A DNA stretch of 64,000 nt from Macrostomum lignano (lineage: Eukaryota), in the NCBI GenBank assembly GCA_002269645.1, contig NIVC01000212.1, positions 558,001 to 622,000 on the forward strand, read 5' to 3'. Position numbers and translations under genes: made by a program. Below the pieces are notes generated by a model. The model saw only the letters and a program-made list of their open reading frames with translations. It made no database searches and was not told the DNA's origin. Of this stretch, positions 31,197 through 43,496 are shown piece by piece (position 1 is the stretch's first letter; every line of letters starts with the position of its first letter).

Positions 31197-34100
31197 TCAG
31201 AGTTCGTCAACTTTTTCAACCGCAGTCGTCTCAGTGCTGCCGACGTATGAGTTCATCTCGGACTGCACTGTCCCATCAGATTTAAGAGCAAACAGTGCCC
31301 GGAAAATGTAGAGCAGTAGCTCCAGAAGTTCGCATAGGGTGAGTATTGAAACGCCACACCAGAGGCCCAGAATGCCTGCAATTGAAGTTAAAAAATCGCT
31401 GAGACTTAAATGCAAGACATTCTAACACGGTACTTTAATCTGAACATCATGTCGATTACGAGTACCTCCAAAGTCAGCCACTAAGTTCTTTGTGGGGTAG
31501 GCTTCCTCTTCAGAGATCTCCTGAATTTTGGCGCTCCACGCTTTGACTGTCAGCCAGGCGAGACGATTTTGAAGCGCCTCGAGTTCTATGTCAAAGTTGA
31601 GCCTATCACTAGCTGTTTTATTGTCTGACGAAGACTCGGAGTAGCTTTGCACTTTCAGCAATACCTGATAGATATTAGCGAGGCCTCTCATACCGCTGAT
31701 GCTGGTTCTATAGCCAAAGTTCGAGGCCAGCTGTTTGATTAGCTTAACTGATTGGGCATTTTTTAAATTGGGCCACGAATAAGTGACGAATCTGGTACTG
31801 TAGTCATCTGTGCGGCACGGCGGCTGGCACAGCTGGCTGCCTTCGAACTGGTAACGCTGTATCTGTGACACTTGTTCGTTGTAGCAGGTCTCAACAACTC
31901 GAGAGAAATTGCTAATGTCCTTGATGTCGAAACAGTTTTTGTACTTCGTGACTAAAGCCACTGGAATAGGTTGAAACGATGGTAAACACTTGCAGTAGTC
32001 GATAAACTTTTCTACAATGTAGGTGTTAATGCAGTCCTCTCGATCAGAGACAAACTGCCTCTCGGAACCTTTTAAATCACTAAAATGGCAAATTAAGTAC
32101 CTGTTCATCCTTTATTTCAAATAAAGACTCGAATGATATGCAAATTCACTTACATTGTCCCTGCCTTCAATTCAGTCATCTCACGTAGCTTTGTCAGCTT
32201 TTCAGCCCAGTCTGATGAGGCGATTACCGCCCTAGCTGCTCTCTCAATTCTGCAATTATAAAACTGTTTGATTAAAAGAAATCGAACACATAGATGCATA
32301 CGAGATAAACATATTTGAGACTAATTCAAACAGCTCACTTTCCGCCACTATTGGATGAAGCTACATCCCAGGAAGGCAGTCGGTAACTATCCAGTTTTTC
32401 GATCTTCTGACAAGGACTGGATTTAGTGGAGAGTCTTGAGTACTTCTCAAACCTAAGCTGCACGTCCATGCGTTGAGCAGCCGCTATCGCGATACTCCTG
32501 GACGCCCAGGGAAATTTCTTCTCCGGTACAATGATCGCCTGCGGTTTCAGAAACGGCAGAATGAACTCTTTGGCAAAAAGTTTTTAGTAGCATCGTTGAA
32601 AGAATTTCTTACATTTAGCGCCGTATTACTGTCATCGGAGGATGACATCACGCTGTCATGAACAACTTGGTTGAGTTTTTCCATGCCAAATGGAAGCCGA
32701 CCCTTGGAATCTGTCGAGTCGGTGAAGTACATGATTGACAGCTCACTATTCGCCAGCTGCGTACTTGTCATATTGGCGGTAAACTTTTTCTTGAGAAACT
32801 GGTGGCACATGCCAAGCTGGGGGTGCTCAAAATTCACAAAGTGTTCATTGGTGCACTTCTGGCCGGCGAAGCTGCAGCTGGCAAGTGCGATGCTGAGATC
32901 GCTGCCAAATTGACGAGCGAGCAGATGCCTGCCCACAGAGTCTCTGATGGCGCCTGGGACGCTGCGAAATTTAGAATCTGCGACAATGTTTTAAATTAAG
33001 TCTGAAATTAATTGTTTTAATCTGGGATTAATATAATATTAAACGTTCAAAACTCACAGCACAACGCTAAGTTACACGGCTCGAAGGCCATTTCGAAAAG
33101 AGTATGTTGAGAGATTTCTACGCGGTCGATGAAGCGAAGAGCGCGTTCCGGCAAGCAGGCGGGGATCTCAGACTCGAATGCTTTTTGACGCCTGAAATGA
33201 AATTGATTTTTCTCTCTTAGCCTTTTGTTGGAATTGTCAAACAGATAAGATTTAGGATCCTCTGCCTCACTCGAAGTGGCTGTAGTTTTCATTCGCTATG
33301 TCCATCACTATGCTCACTGAGCGGCAGTAGTTGTCCGTACTCGTCTTGGCTACGTCTGGCGTTTCAATTTCCATTTTCAGTAGCCTCCCAACTCCTTAAA
33401 TGCAACGTTTTTTGCAATCCATTTACCATATGCATCGGTTACTGTTTTAGTTAGGCCGTATGAATAAAATTAGCTTTTGTTCCCTAACCCTAATCTAGCA
33501 TGACAAAAGCAACGCCTATCGCGTTCCATTTTCCGACTTCAATGCTCCGATGTCTATGGCAAAAACGAACATGCTGTATAAATGTAAGTATAGAAAGGAA
33601 AAGACAGAAAATTCAACAAAAGAGAGGAGGGAAGACCTTGCAGATCTCGGATCAAACATGCTGTTGAACAGGAGTGTCGCGAACTCAACGCCAACTAGCT
33701 ACGTGGTATTCATTACATTGAGATGTCAGCACGAACGGAAGTGTAGACTAAGCAACTCGGAACAGGATAGTGTTCCATGCATTTGAGCGTATATACAAGG
33801 CAATGCTGACTGCGTTATTAATATTGAGCATTTGTGTTTGTTGTTGTGTGTAACTTTTGGTCCATTCGACGATGCGTGAATTACGAGTATCTATAAATAC
33901 ACTGACTTGTTGTAGATAGTTGTCTATGGTAAAAATACTAGCTTGTCGTAGACAGTTGTCTATGGTAAAAAGTCTGGCTTGTTGTAGACAGTTGTCTATG
34001 GTAAAAACACTAGCTTGTTGTAGACAGTTGACTATGGTAAAAAGTATGGCTAGTTGTAGACAGTTGTCTATGGTAAAAATTCTGGCTGGTTGTAGACATT

Positions 34101-37100
34101 TGTCTATGGTAAAAAGTCCGGCAGCAAAGGATTGAAGAGGGTGGAAATATACGAATCCAAACTTGCAATCGATTGTCAGAGTCTCAGTACGAGCGTAAAG
34201 ACAGAGAGCCAGCATAACTCAAGAAAGCGACTTTGCACGGATACAGTGACCTTCAGTCGATTGCACCAACACACCTGGGAATTATAGCAACAGAATTCGA
34301 TGCTCAGTCATCACTTATGACATAAATTCCTAAACTAGATCAGCACTTGCTCAGCAGTTGATCAATTCAGCTCAAAGTCTGATAAGTTTGAGAACTCAGA
34401 GAAGAAATCGATCCCTCTATTCATACGGCCTATTTCATTTTTACACTGAAAAAATCATTTTGCATCGCATTTCACACCGCGGCTTCTCATGCTCTGCTCT
34501 TGAATGCCGAACAGACGGCCCCAGGCAACGCAGTCCCTTCCAGGAAGCGTGTCGTTCTGCCAGCCGGTGTACATCGACATTCGCTGCCGTTCCGCCGACT
34601 CAGAGCTGGAGCTCACGATACAGTCGTAGCTTTTGGATATGGCTATAATTATAGAAACAGAAACGGGCTGCAAGGATTAGTACAGCAAACACTAGAGAAG
34701 GTAAAATATTTGCTAGAAATTGGCATCCGCCACGTTTACACACTGAAACTACTAGCCTGAGCACTCAACCGATTAAATTTCCTGCCAATCAGTTTCGCTC
34801 AGTTGGTCAATAAGCAAATGCAAGCCTAAGTTTATTTGATCAACACGATCGCTTTTAGTAACTATGGCAATGGCAACGGTAGCCCAGATATATGGCCAAT
34901 TTAGCAGGCGAAAAAAGAATCAAATTATTTATTACGACCGTATTTGATCGGTAAAAGCTACAAGTGGAAGCCAAATATTCCAAATTCATTACTCTAGGTG
35001 TTCTTATTTTTCCAGCTCTGGTGTTGCAGAGGAATTTTACGAGAATAGGAGGGACCGCAACCCTTTGGTGTTTTGGTTGGCGACCCTACCTGTCTCTTGG
35101 TTAGCGCCCCTGTCTCTTGGTGGGCGCCCCTGTCTCTTGGTGGGCGTCCCTGTCTCTTGGTTAGCGCCCCTGTCTCTTGGTGGGCGCCCCTATCTCTTTC
35201 TGGGCGCCACTGTCTCTTGGTGGGCGCCACTGTCTCTTGGTGGGCGCCCCTGTCTCTTGGTGGGCGCCCCTGTCTCTTGGTGGGCGTCCCTGTCTCTTGG
35301 TTAGCACCCCTGTCTCTTGGTGGGCGCCCCTATCTCTTTCTGGGCGCCACTGTCTCTTGGTGGGCGCCACTGTCTCTTGGTGGGCGCCCCTGTCTCTTGG
35401 TTAGGCGCCCCTGTCTGCCTCTTGGTGGGTGCCCCTGTCTCTTTGGTGGACACCCCTGTTTCTTGGTGGGCGCCCTTGTCTCTTGGTGGGCGCCCCTGTC
35501 TCTTGGTGGGCGCCACTGTCTCTTAGTGGTTGCCCCTGTCTCTTAGTGGATGCCCCTGTCTCTTGGTGGGCACCCCTGTCTCTTGGTGGGCGCCCCTGTC
35601 TCTTGGTGGGCGCCACTGTCTCTTAGTGGATGCCCCTGTCTCTTGGTGGGCCCCCTGTCTCTTGGTGGGCACCCCTGTCTCTTGGTGGGCGCCCCTGTCT
35701 CTTGGTGGGTGCCTCTGTCTCTTGGTTAGGCGCCCCTGTCTGCCTCTTGGTGGGCACCCCTGTCTCTTGGTGGGCGCCCCTGTCTCTTGGTGGGCGCCCC
35801 TGTCTCTTGGTTAGCGCCCCTGTCTCTTGGTGGGCACCCCTGTCTCTTGGTGGGCACCCCTGCCTCTTGGTGGGCGCCCCTGTCTCTTTGGTGGACACCC
35901 CTGTCTCTTGGTGGACACCCCTGTCTCTTGGTGGGCACCCCTGTCTCTTGGTGGGCACCCCTGTCTCTTAGTGGATGCCCCTGTCTCTTGGTTAGGCTCC
36001 CCTGTCTCTTAGTGGGCGCCCCTACCCCGGTGGATGCCCGTTCAAGTCTTGTCAAAAGTTGAGTTCCTGCCATTCCTCGGGTTTGTTTACCCCTTTCGTT
36101 TAGATTTTGGAGAAGCCCCATTGTTTCAGGGCGCGCCCCACCCTGGCCACCCTGCAAACGCCATTGATTTTTTCCTATATATTGAATGGGTCTACGATAA
36201 CTGCCTTCCATTCCTCCCCCTGAAATACGATACTTAGCAGTAAAATAAACCAAGAAATTTTATTAGTGCTCCATAAATTTCAGTCACGGTAAACGCCTGA
36301 AACCGTGCGTTCTAGAAGTCATAAAAAATCATACTGCACTATTTACACTGTTTATAGCTAGGTGTGGTAATTAATAGAGTACCCACGCTTACCATTTTTT
36401 CAGGAAATGTTCTGTAAAATATGTCTTTTAGAAGCTAGTCATTACTGTTATTATCTGGGATATCTGACCATGCGGTAACCTGTAAGCTCTGTGTGAAATC
36501 TGGGATTTCCGGCTTTTCCGGCTTTCGATAGGCAGATTTGCACTTCTCTATATTGAACTATTAATTCATGTCGACAAATATACAAAAAAAAAATTTGAAT
36601 ATACGAGAACAAAATTTATATGTTCAGGTGTTGATTTTAAGTGGAATCGTTCACTTGATTAACTTCACTACTTATGTTTGAAGGGTAGCGAATAATGATT
36701 CTCGATATCAGTATTTGCTAAATATCATCGCTGTAGCATTTCTGGCAGTCTAATTTGAACAGGTGCAACCTTATCTATTTAAGGCGTTCTCAAACTCACG
36801 ACAGTAAGGTATGTCGCACAATGCAGCATTCAGTCTGCCGCTCTCATCGTCCGTAAAAAAGCAATAAGGTCCGTCTGAAAATGCCGCTAAGTTGCTGAAG
36901 TTTCCGATGTGCATAGGCTGGCTGTCTGGAAACAAATCAAAGATTTGAGCGTGGGAAATTTCTTTATTAGATTAGTAAGTTACTGTGAAATTGGACTTGC
37001 CGACATCCCGGATCTGCAGGATGACGGCAATGCTACTGTCCGAACCGCAGGTCTGTAAGCGGCTGTTGGCGCACGGTGATGTACAGTTTGTTCGGCTGCT

Positions 37101-38742
37101 GTTGTCAACGCCGTCCAATCGTCCGCACAGGCAGTCGCCACTGGTCACGAGAGCCGCATAAGGGAAATTGTAGCCATCGCAGCACTCGGCGCAAGTCTCA
37201 TGCGCTTTGATGCCGTTCCTGTAGCAGGTGAAGTTGAATGCAGCCGCGGTCGCTGCATCAGTCACGGGGAAGCAGCCGATCTGTTGAAGCTTAGGACCTA
37301 AAGCGAGTAGTTTAGAAGGCAAAAGTTGTTTAGAAAACAGCCGGTTGGGATATTAGAAATATTCTTAACAGTAGGAATACCAAACCATTTCTTAGAAAGT
37401 AATTTAAAAATTACTTGCTGGCTAGCTAACTTTTTGTTGGCCAGCTTCTCTAACAAGAATCAAGTCGCCAGCCCTCCGGACCGTTGAGGCATTGAAAAGT
37501 TCAGCAAGAAGATCGGATTTTTCATCAATGCAGCCTTGGCAAGTCTCTAAATTTTATAAGAACGTCGACCAAATGTGTTTGTGTCAGATCTGACGTCGCA
37601 ATTCGCCGGATTTCACCCAGGCGGAGCTTTGGAGCTTCCCATTGCGAATTTCTCTGATGTCTCTGATCAAGCCTCGACACAAACCTGTACTGCTAGGTAT
37701 CCTCAACTAGTCTCTCAAGCATTCAGTCATCATCCAGACGCCATCAGCACCTTCAACCGGGGGCGGATTCCCCCTATGATAGTTCTACTGTTAATTACGA
37801 GGTTTAAGCTAAGAGGTTTTGTTGAATTACTCACGAGTTGCTATGGGTAGAAACATCGACAGAGGCAAACCAGGAGGAGAGCGGCATCGAGTCTCATTGT
37901 CCGAGAAGTGAAGGGACAGCAGGCTCGCAGCCAGGCTGGCCTCGCCTCTGCTCTGCAGCATCCGAGCTGCATCGTTCCATCTCATACACGGTCTCCTAGT
38001 GATGTAGGGCTTAAAACTCGGGACAGCTGTGTAGTTGAAGTACCTTGTGTCGTTGAAGTCCAGCCGAACTGTTGAGTACCCGTAGACCACAGCCGAGCTG
38101 ACGTTGCCTGTGTAATCATTGCCAGTGAGACTGGTTCGGCAATCCAAATCTTGGCCTACGGTTTTCAATGGAATTTTTCTAAAAGTTAGTCGTACTGACA
38201 TTAATGAATGTTTATTATAAGCAACTTTTATTAATTATGTTAAACTTGCCGTTAAGAGGCACCTGTAACGACTTCAACAGCGATTCCTCGGTGCTTCGAA
38301 TAACATCTAGAAATGCTTTGGTCGGCTCGTTCAGTACAGAATCAGTTTTTTTGGATAGATCAAAGCTGTAGAATTCGATTTTTTCGCTTGTGTTCTTCTT
38401 AGTAAGATGCTCCATGTTCTCAATATTGAAGGTTGTCAACTTTTCTACCATGCGACTGGCCGTGATGGCCCGGGCGGGACAGATGTACACATCCGGGAAC
38501 TGGAACTTCAACGAGGACATGCTCATGCTGGTCATCACTGGGGCCTGAAGGAACCTTTCAAACAAAGTGGACAGGTGATAGGCAAACCCACTGTAGGTGC
38601 CTAGCAGGAATAAGACCCAGATGAGCCTGCCAACTTGGCTGGACTGCTCAGAGAATCTGCCAAGTCCGTGAGCAGTTGTGTAGCCACAGAAACTGCTCAC
38701 TGGTGCGCTCAGCTTCCGTGATGCGGAGCTGTAGCTACTCAT
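31197..38742 (-). CDS. DEG/ENaC (amiloride-sensitive channel family) subunit with kringle and WSC domains in the ectodomain, ~1031 aa
   Basis: 12 phase-compatible exons: 38742-38250, 38155-37835, 37297-37001, 36925-36800, 34642-34478, 33394-33271, 33191-33076, 32977-32613, 32538-32339, 32249-32154, 32079-31466 and 31375-31197 (3096 nt in total). Motifs: TTAHG (HG motif), TM1, FPDVYIC, SCSFAGQKC..F.HPQLGMCHQF, a Cys-rich thumb, and VADFGGILGLWCGVS (TM2, GxS filter). Introns 1 and 3 require GC donors. Confidence 0.8.
33076..34642 (-). CDS. channel exons 5-7: second, degenerate kringle
   Basis: YDC...MYTGWQNDTLPGRDCVAW | ...TPDVAKTSTDNYCRS... | ...EIPAC. Confidence 0.6.
33900..34115. repeat. 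36-bp minisatellite in channel intron 5
   Basis: GTTGTAGACAGTTGTCTATGGTAAAAA... about 6 copies. Confidence 0.85.
35085..36020. repeat. ~21-bp minisatellite (CCTGTCTCTTGGTGGGCGCCC) in channel intron 4
   Basis: Same family as the array at 9605-10050. Confidence 0.9.
36800..36925 (-). CDS. channel exon 4: kringle 1, C-terminal half (Cys4-6)
   Basis: DGPYCFFTDDESGRLNAALCDIPYC matches GPWCYT...CDIP.C; TTTCCAG acceptor and GTGAGT donor; phase 1-1. Too short for the ORF track. Confidence 0.8.
37001..37297 (-). CDS. channel exon 3: WSC domain
   Basis: IGCF...TCAECC...YAAL..SGDCLCG...NCTSPC...QTCGS; phase 1-1 exon of 297 nt. Confidence 0.85.
37835..38155 (-). CDS. channel exon 2: kringle 1, N-terminal half (Cys1-3)
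   Basis: DCRTSLTGNDYTGNVS...PCMRW...FSDNETRCRSP matches the kringle pattern C..G.DY.G...C..W...CR.P; phase 1-1 exon. Confidence 0.75.
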
Positions 38743-39802
38743 GGCTAGTGGTGTGTTTTTTGCTTTGGCCTGACGGTGTAAAAAATGTTTAAGCTGCAGC
38801 CGTTTATAAAAGAATAGCTGAGAAGAATTGGGTCAGTATCGAGAGAATTTGAGTCAAGGCACTTTTTCGTCCGTTCTCTGCTGAAATAGACTGCGTGGAA
38901 TAGAATAGCTTGTTCAGAAACGGCTGAGCCAATACGATTCATGTGTGCTCAGAAACGGACTGTTTCCTGTACCTGCACCCTCGTAAGTAGTCCTCAACTT
39001 AGTTCTGTCTACTTCTCTGGATGACAGCAGCTGATCACTACCGCCACCGGTATACGCTGAAATTAATCTGGAAAATGAGATTGACAAAATACATGTTTAC
39101 ATTTACCAAACATATTACTTTGTCAGTAGAAACTGCTGTGCATGTACATGAACAACTGAAGTACACTCGATTTCTTAGAAATGAACTGGAGGCCGGTAAG
39201 GAGAGTGTATTTGCCGTATCGCCAGTGCATTTAGTATGCTCTCGAGAGAACGCATAGCTATGAATGAGGTTCGTCGTATTCTTTTTTTGTGCCTTTGCAA
39301 TTCACATAAATATACTCGTACAGAACATTGCGATGGCAATTCCGGAAACTTTGCGCATTCTTAGAAACATCGATAATGATCGTTATTTGCGCAATTTGGT
39401 CTCAAAAAAGGATTTCGTTTGCAATGATTTACATCGAATCATTCAATAAACTATATACAGTGCTTATTTATTATCTCATAAGTCACACTGCACGCGACTT
39501 ATAAAGGTCAGTATTTGTACCTATATTTTGGTAGTCAAGCTGGCCAAGTACACGGATGTTACTTTTTCTGATAGGAAAATATACGCAAAAACAATCCGAA
39601 CTATATACAGTGCAATGCTGAATGCCAAAATTATGTAGCTACGCCTTAACCTTTCAGCAACTGAAAACTCTGTCCAGGAGACCTTTATCGCGAATATGGA
39701 GAGTCAGCTTCTCATCTAGCGCCGATTTGATCAGATATCAGGATAAAAAAGGTCAATTTTAGTACCTTGTATAAGTCTGGTTGTCTGTCAGCTTCATGAA
39801 AA

Positions 39803-40001
39803 AGTGCGTCTTTTTCACAAAAGCGAAATTTCACAACCGCAAACCTTCAAAACCGCTAAATCACCTAATTTCATAAGCGCTATAAATTTCATAAACGCGA
39901 AACTTCACAACCGCTAAAAAGACTGCAGTTGTTTAAGTTTCGCGTTTATGAAAGCAAGTGCTTTTAGCGGTTATGAACTTTCGCTTTTGTGAAACACACC
40001 C
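39803..40001. mobile_element. putative ~200-bp MITE
   Basis: Inverted ends TTTCACAAAAGCGAAA / TTTCGCTTTTGTGAAA, and internal inverted TTCATAAACGCGAAACTT motifs. No clear TSD. Confidence 0.5.
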
Positions 40002-40789
40002 CATGAATTCATCACAATTCCATCTTGACACCAAGGCTCAAGAAGGAGTTGCTGAGATGCCAGTGTCAAAACGGGGATACCGATATTTTAGGCTGTAGAT
40101 TTTTTCTATCATGTCGACTGGTAATTCTCGATACGAGGTGCTAAGGCTGCTAGCTAGTTATTTTGCTAAATTTATCATAAAATTTCGTTAATGATTAAAA
40201 CCGTGTTGTCTGCAGATATTTGAGTATATGTTAGCTGTTAAACGCATTTAATTGCCGAAAAATCTGGTTTTGAAAAGTTCCATGCCCTCTAAACAACCAG
40301 CTTAATCGAATATCGCCATAAAATCCGCTATAAAACCTGGCAAGAAAGATAATAAAAATTTTCTGTTACAAAAATTAATGCTGTTTATTCTAAGCAAAAA
40401 ATCTGGTGTACAATGTTGTGAATTAAACTAGAACCAAGGCCTGTGCGTTGCCTGATAGACTGGTGGCCTGGACAAACTTGGAACCGCTCTGATAGGGGTT
40501 ATTACTCAGATTTTACTGTCAGCGCCAGTCAGAAGCTGAGCGTCAGTCACTCAATAGCAGCCACGGTGCTTCCGGTTGCCCTATCTGTTTACGCAAGCAA
40601 TCTCATAAGATAACTGAATTAGGCGGAGTGGAATAAAAAGTCTATTTTGTATAGACATCGTTAAAGTGCAGTAAACAGTGTTCTCTGTTTTTATGCCATA
40701 ACAATTATCGGGTGAAGCGGAGACTTTTAATAATTAATATAAATTAGTACTCTGCTACTAGAAGCAATTTTATATGCCAGCCACCCCAC

Positions 40790-42255
40790 CAGGTCAGTTA
40801 GTGGTAGCCATATACCCCACGAGATCATTCACTGGTAGCCATATACCCGACCAGGTCATTCAGTGGTAGCTACGCACTTCCCCAGGTCATTCAGTGGTAG
40901 CTACGCACTTCCCCAGGTAATTCAGTGGTAGCTACGCACTTTCCCAAGTCATTCAGTGGTAGCTACGCACTTCCCCAAGTCATTCAGTGGTAGCTACGCA
41001 CTTCCCCAAGTCATTCAGTGGTAGCTACGCACTTCCCCAGGTAATTCAGTGGTAGCTACGCACTTCCCCAGGTCATTCAGTGGTAGCTACGCACTTCCAA
41101 CAGGTAATTCAGTGGTAGCTACGCACTTCCCCAGGTCATTCAGTGGTAGCTACGCACTTCCAACAGGTAATTCAGTGGTAGCTACGCACTTTCCCAGGTA
41201 ATTCAGTGGTAGCTACGCACTTTCCCAGGTCATTCAGTGGTAGCTACGCACTTCCCCAGGTCATTCAGTGGTAGCTACGCACTTCCCCAAGTCATTCAGT
41301 GGTAGCTACGCACTTCCCCAGGTAATTCAGTGGTAGCTACGCACTTCCCCAGGTCATTCAGTGGTAGCTACGCACTTTCCCAGGTCATTCAGTGGTAGCT
41401 ACGCACTTCCCCAGGTCATTCAGTGGTAGCTACGCACTTCCCCAGGTCATTCAGTGGTAGCTACGCACTTCCAACAGGTAATTCAGTGGTAGCTACGCAC
41501 TTTCCCAGGTAATTCAGTGGTAGCTACGCACTTTCCCAGGTCATTCAGTGGTAGCTACGCACTTCCCCAGGTCATTCAGTGGTAGCTACGCACTTCCCCA
41601 GGTCATTCAGTGGTAGCTACGCACTTCCAACGGGTAATTCAGTGGTAGCTACGCACTTCCCCAAGTCATTCAGTGGTAGCTACGCACTTCCCCAGGTCAT
41701 TCAGTGGTAGCTACGCACTTCCAACGGGTAATTCAGTGGTAGCTACGCACTTTCCCAGGTAATTCAGTGGTAGCTACGCACTTCCCCAGGTCATTCAGTG
41801 GTAGCTACGCACTTCCCCAGGTCATAGCTACGCACTTTCCCAGGTAATTCAGTGGTAGCTACGCACTTCCCCAAGTCATTCAGTGGTAGCTACGCACTTC
41901 CCCAAGTCATTCAGTGGTAGCTACGCACTTTCCCAGGTAATTCAGTGGTAGCTACGCACTTCCCCAAGTCATTCAGTGGTAGCTACGCACTTCCCCAGGT
42001 AATTCAGTGGTAGCTACGCACTTCCCCAGGTCATTCAGTGGTAGCTACGCACTTCCAACGGGTAATTCAGTGGTAGCTACGCACTTCCCCAGGTAATTCA
42101 GTGGTAGCTACGCACTTCCCCAGGTAATTCAGTGGTAGCTCTGCACTTCCCCAGGTCATAGCTACGCACTTTCCCAGGTAATTCAGTGGTAGCTACGCAC
42201 TTCCCCAGGTCATTCAGTGGTAGTCTTACGACCCACCAAGTACTTCAGTGGTAAT
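40790..42255. repeat. 31-bp minisatellite (CAGTGGTAGCTACGCACTTCCCCAGGTCATT), ~45 copies
   Basis: Directly visible; head-to-tail with no spacers. Confidence 0.95.
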
Positions 42256-43082
42256 TCTATGAATACTTCGTATTACTTTGAAATAATCCGTGTGGACATT
42301 TTAACACACTGCAATGAAAAATCATTGTTCTTATGGCTTGGGAGATGCAAACACACTGTATGATTTCCACGTGAGTGAGGCATTCAATTGAAGCCTGCAA
42401 CAATGGACTGAAAAGGCAGTGAGTACATACTCGTACTCGTACGAGCGTACATGGGCTTCAATAAGCCTCGTAAATATTTTTCCAACTCTCTATTGTTGTT
42501 GCTGCTGCCACTAGAATGGAAAAAAAATTGATCAACACAGAAGCTACGGCACCATTGGAAAGATGTGCCGGTCATGTGAGCCGCTTTGAAAGAGCAGGAG
42601 AGTATAATCAAAGAAAAACATTGGTTGAAAAGCGCGGTTTTGTCGGAAGGGTAAAAACAATGGGACGTGTATAGTTTCTGAGCGCTCAGTTGGGCTCAAC
42701 TAGGTCCCAGAAGAGGACGCTGGGAAAAAGGCGGCTGGCTGAGGTCTGGGATGTGGAAACTCCCAGATGGAGAGAGTTTGGAGAAATTGGAGACGGGCAG
42801 AGCAATGGGCTGAGAATAAAATATGGAAATACAGGGAGAATTGATGGCTAATGCTGGCTTTGGCAAACGGACGAACAATGAGAAAGTGGTGGGGATTTAT
42901 GATAGGTTCAGAGAAATAAAAAGGTGAATAGCCACATCACAAAGACGTTCCTATTGGTCCTGATCTAAGAAGCATAAGAGAATCCACACAGCTCTAACGG
43001 TATAAATTATTACTACCTTTTTTATTAGTGACCAGGTGTTGCAAATGTTAGAGTTCCAAGAATAATTCAATTGCTGATAACA

Positions 43083-43413
43083 ATGACTCTAATTACCCGG
43101 CTTCTTTTTCTTAGCTGCTCGCTGTCTGTCTCCATGGCAGCCCTGGCAATTGTATGCGAAAATGATACAATGACGGCCGACTGCGCAACCCAGGTGATTT
43201 CCGTTTCCATAGCAACATTCGGCAAGTCGAGCATGTTCTCCGCCTCGTGTCCGAACCAGTCGCCGACTGAGTGCAACAGCGGCACCGCCTACGGTCTGAT
43301 CAGCGACGCATGCGAGGGCCAGAACAGCTGCTCGATGGCCGCGAGTAAAGCGCTGTTTGGCGATCCGTGTCCCGGATACGAGAGCTACATGGTGCTGTAC
43401 TACAGCTGTACAG
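43083..43413 (+). CDS. secreted SUEL/rhamnose-binding lectin, first exon
   Basis: Signal-like MTLITRLLFLSCSLSVSMA, then CEND...C...ATFGK...C...C...CEGQNSC...LFGDPCPGYESYMVLYYSC; donor AG|GTAAGG. Downstream exon not resolved. Confidence 0.8.
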
Positions 43414-43496
43414 GTAAGGCATTAAGGTTGTAACGGTACAAATGATGGATTTTCAAACGGGTGCCATTTTTTGTTCGGTCCTTTTTTATGGTTATG

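Noticed and set aside
33700-34430. Short Cys-containing frames in channel intron 5 (e.g. HCLVYTLKCMEHYPVPSC; DFFSEFSNLSDFELN*)
   Set aside because: Faintly kringle-like, but interrupted by stops or lacking compatible splice phases.
37431-37546. Possible extra channel exon (TCQGCIDEKSDLL...)
   Set aside because: It can be fitted in phase, but is not needed: 37835 splices directly to 37297 with symmetrical phase 1 exons. Left out pending reads.
40790-42255. 31-bp array (and the 40-bp array at 49429-50115) as a CRISPR array
   Set aside because: Units are head-to-tail with no unique spacers, there are no cas genes, and the context is eukaryotic.
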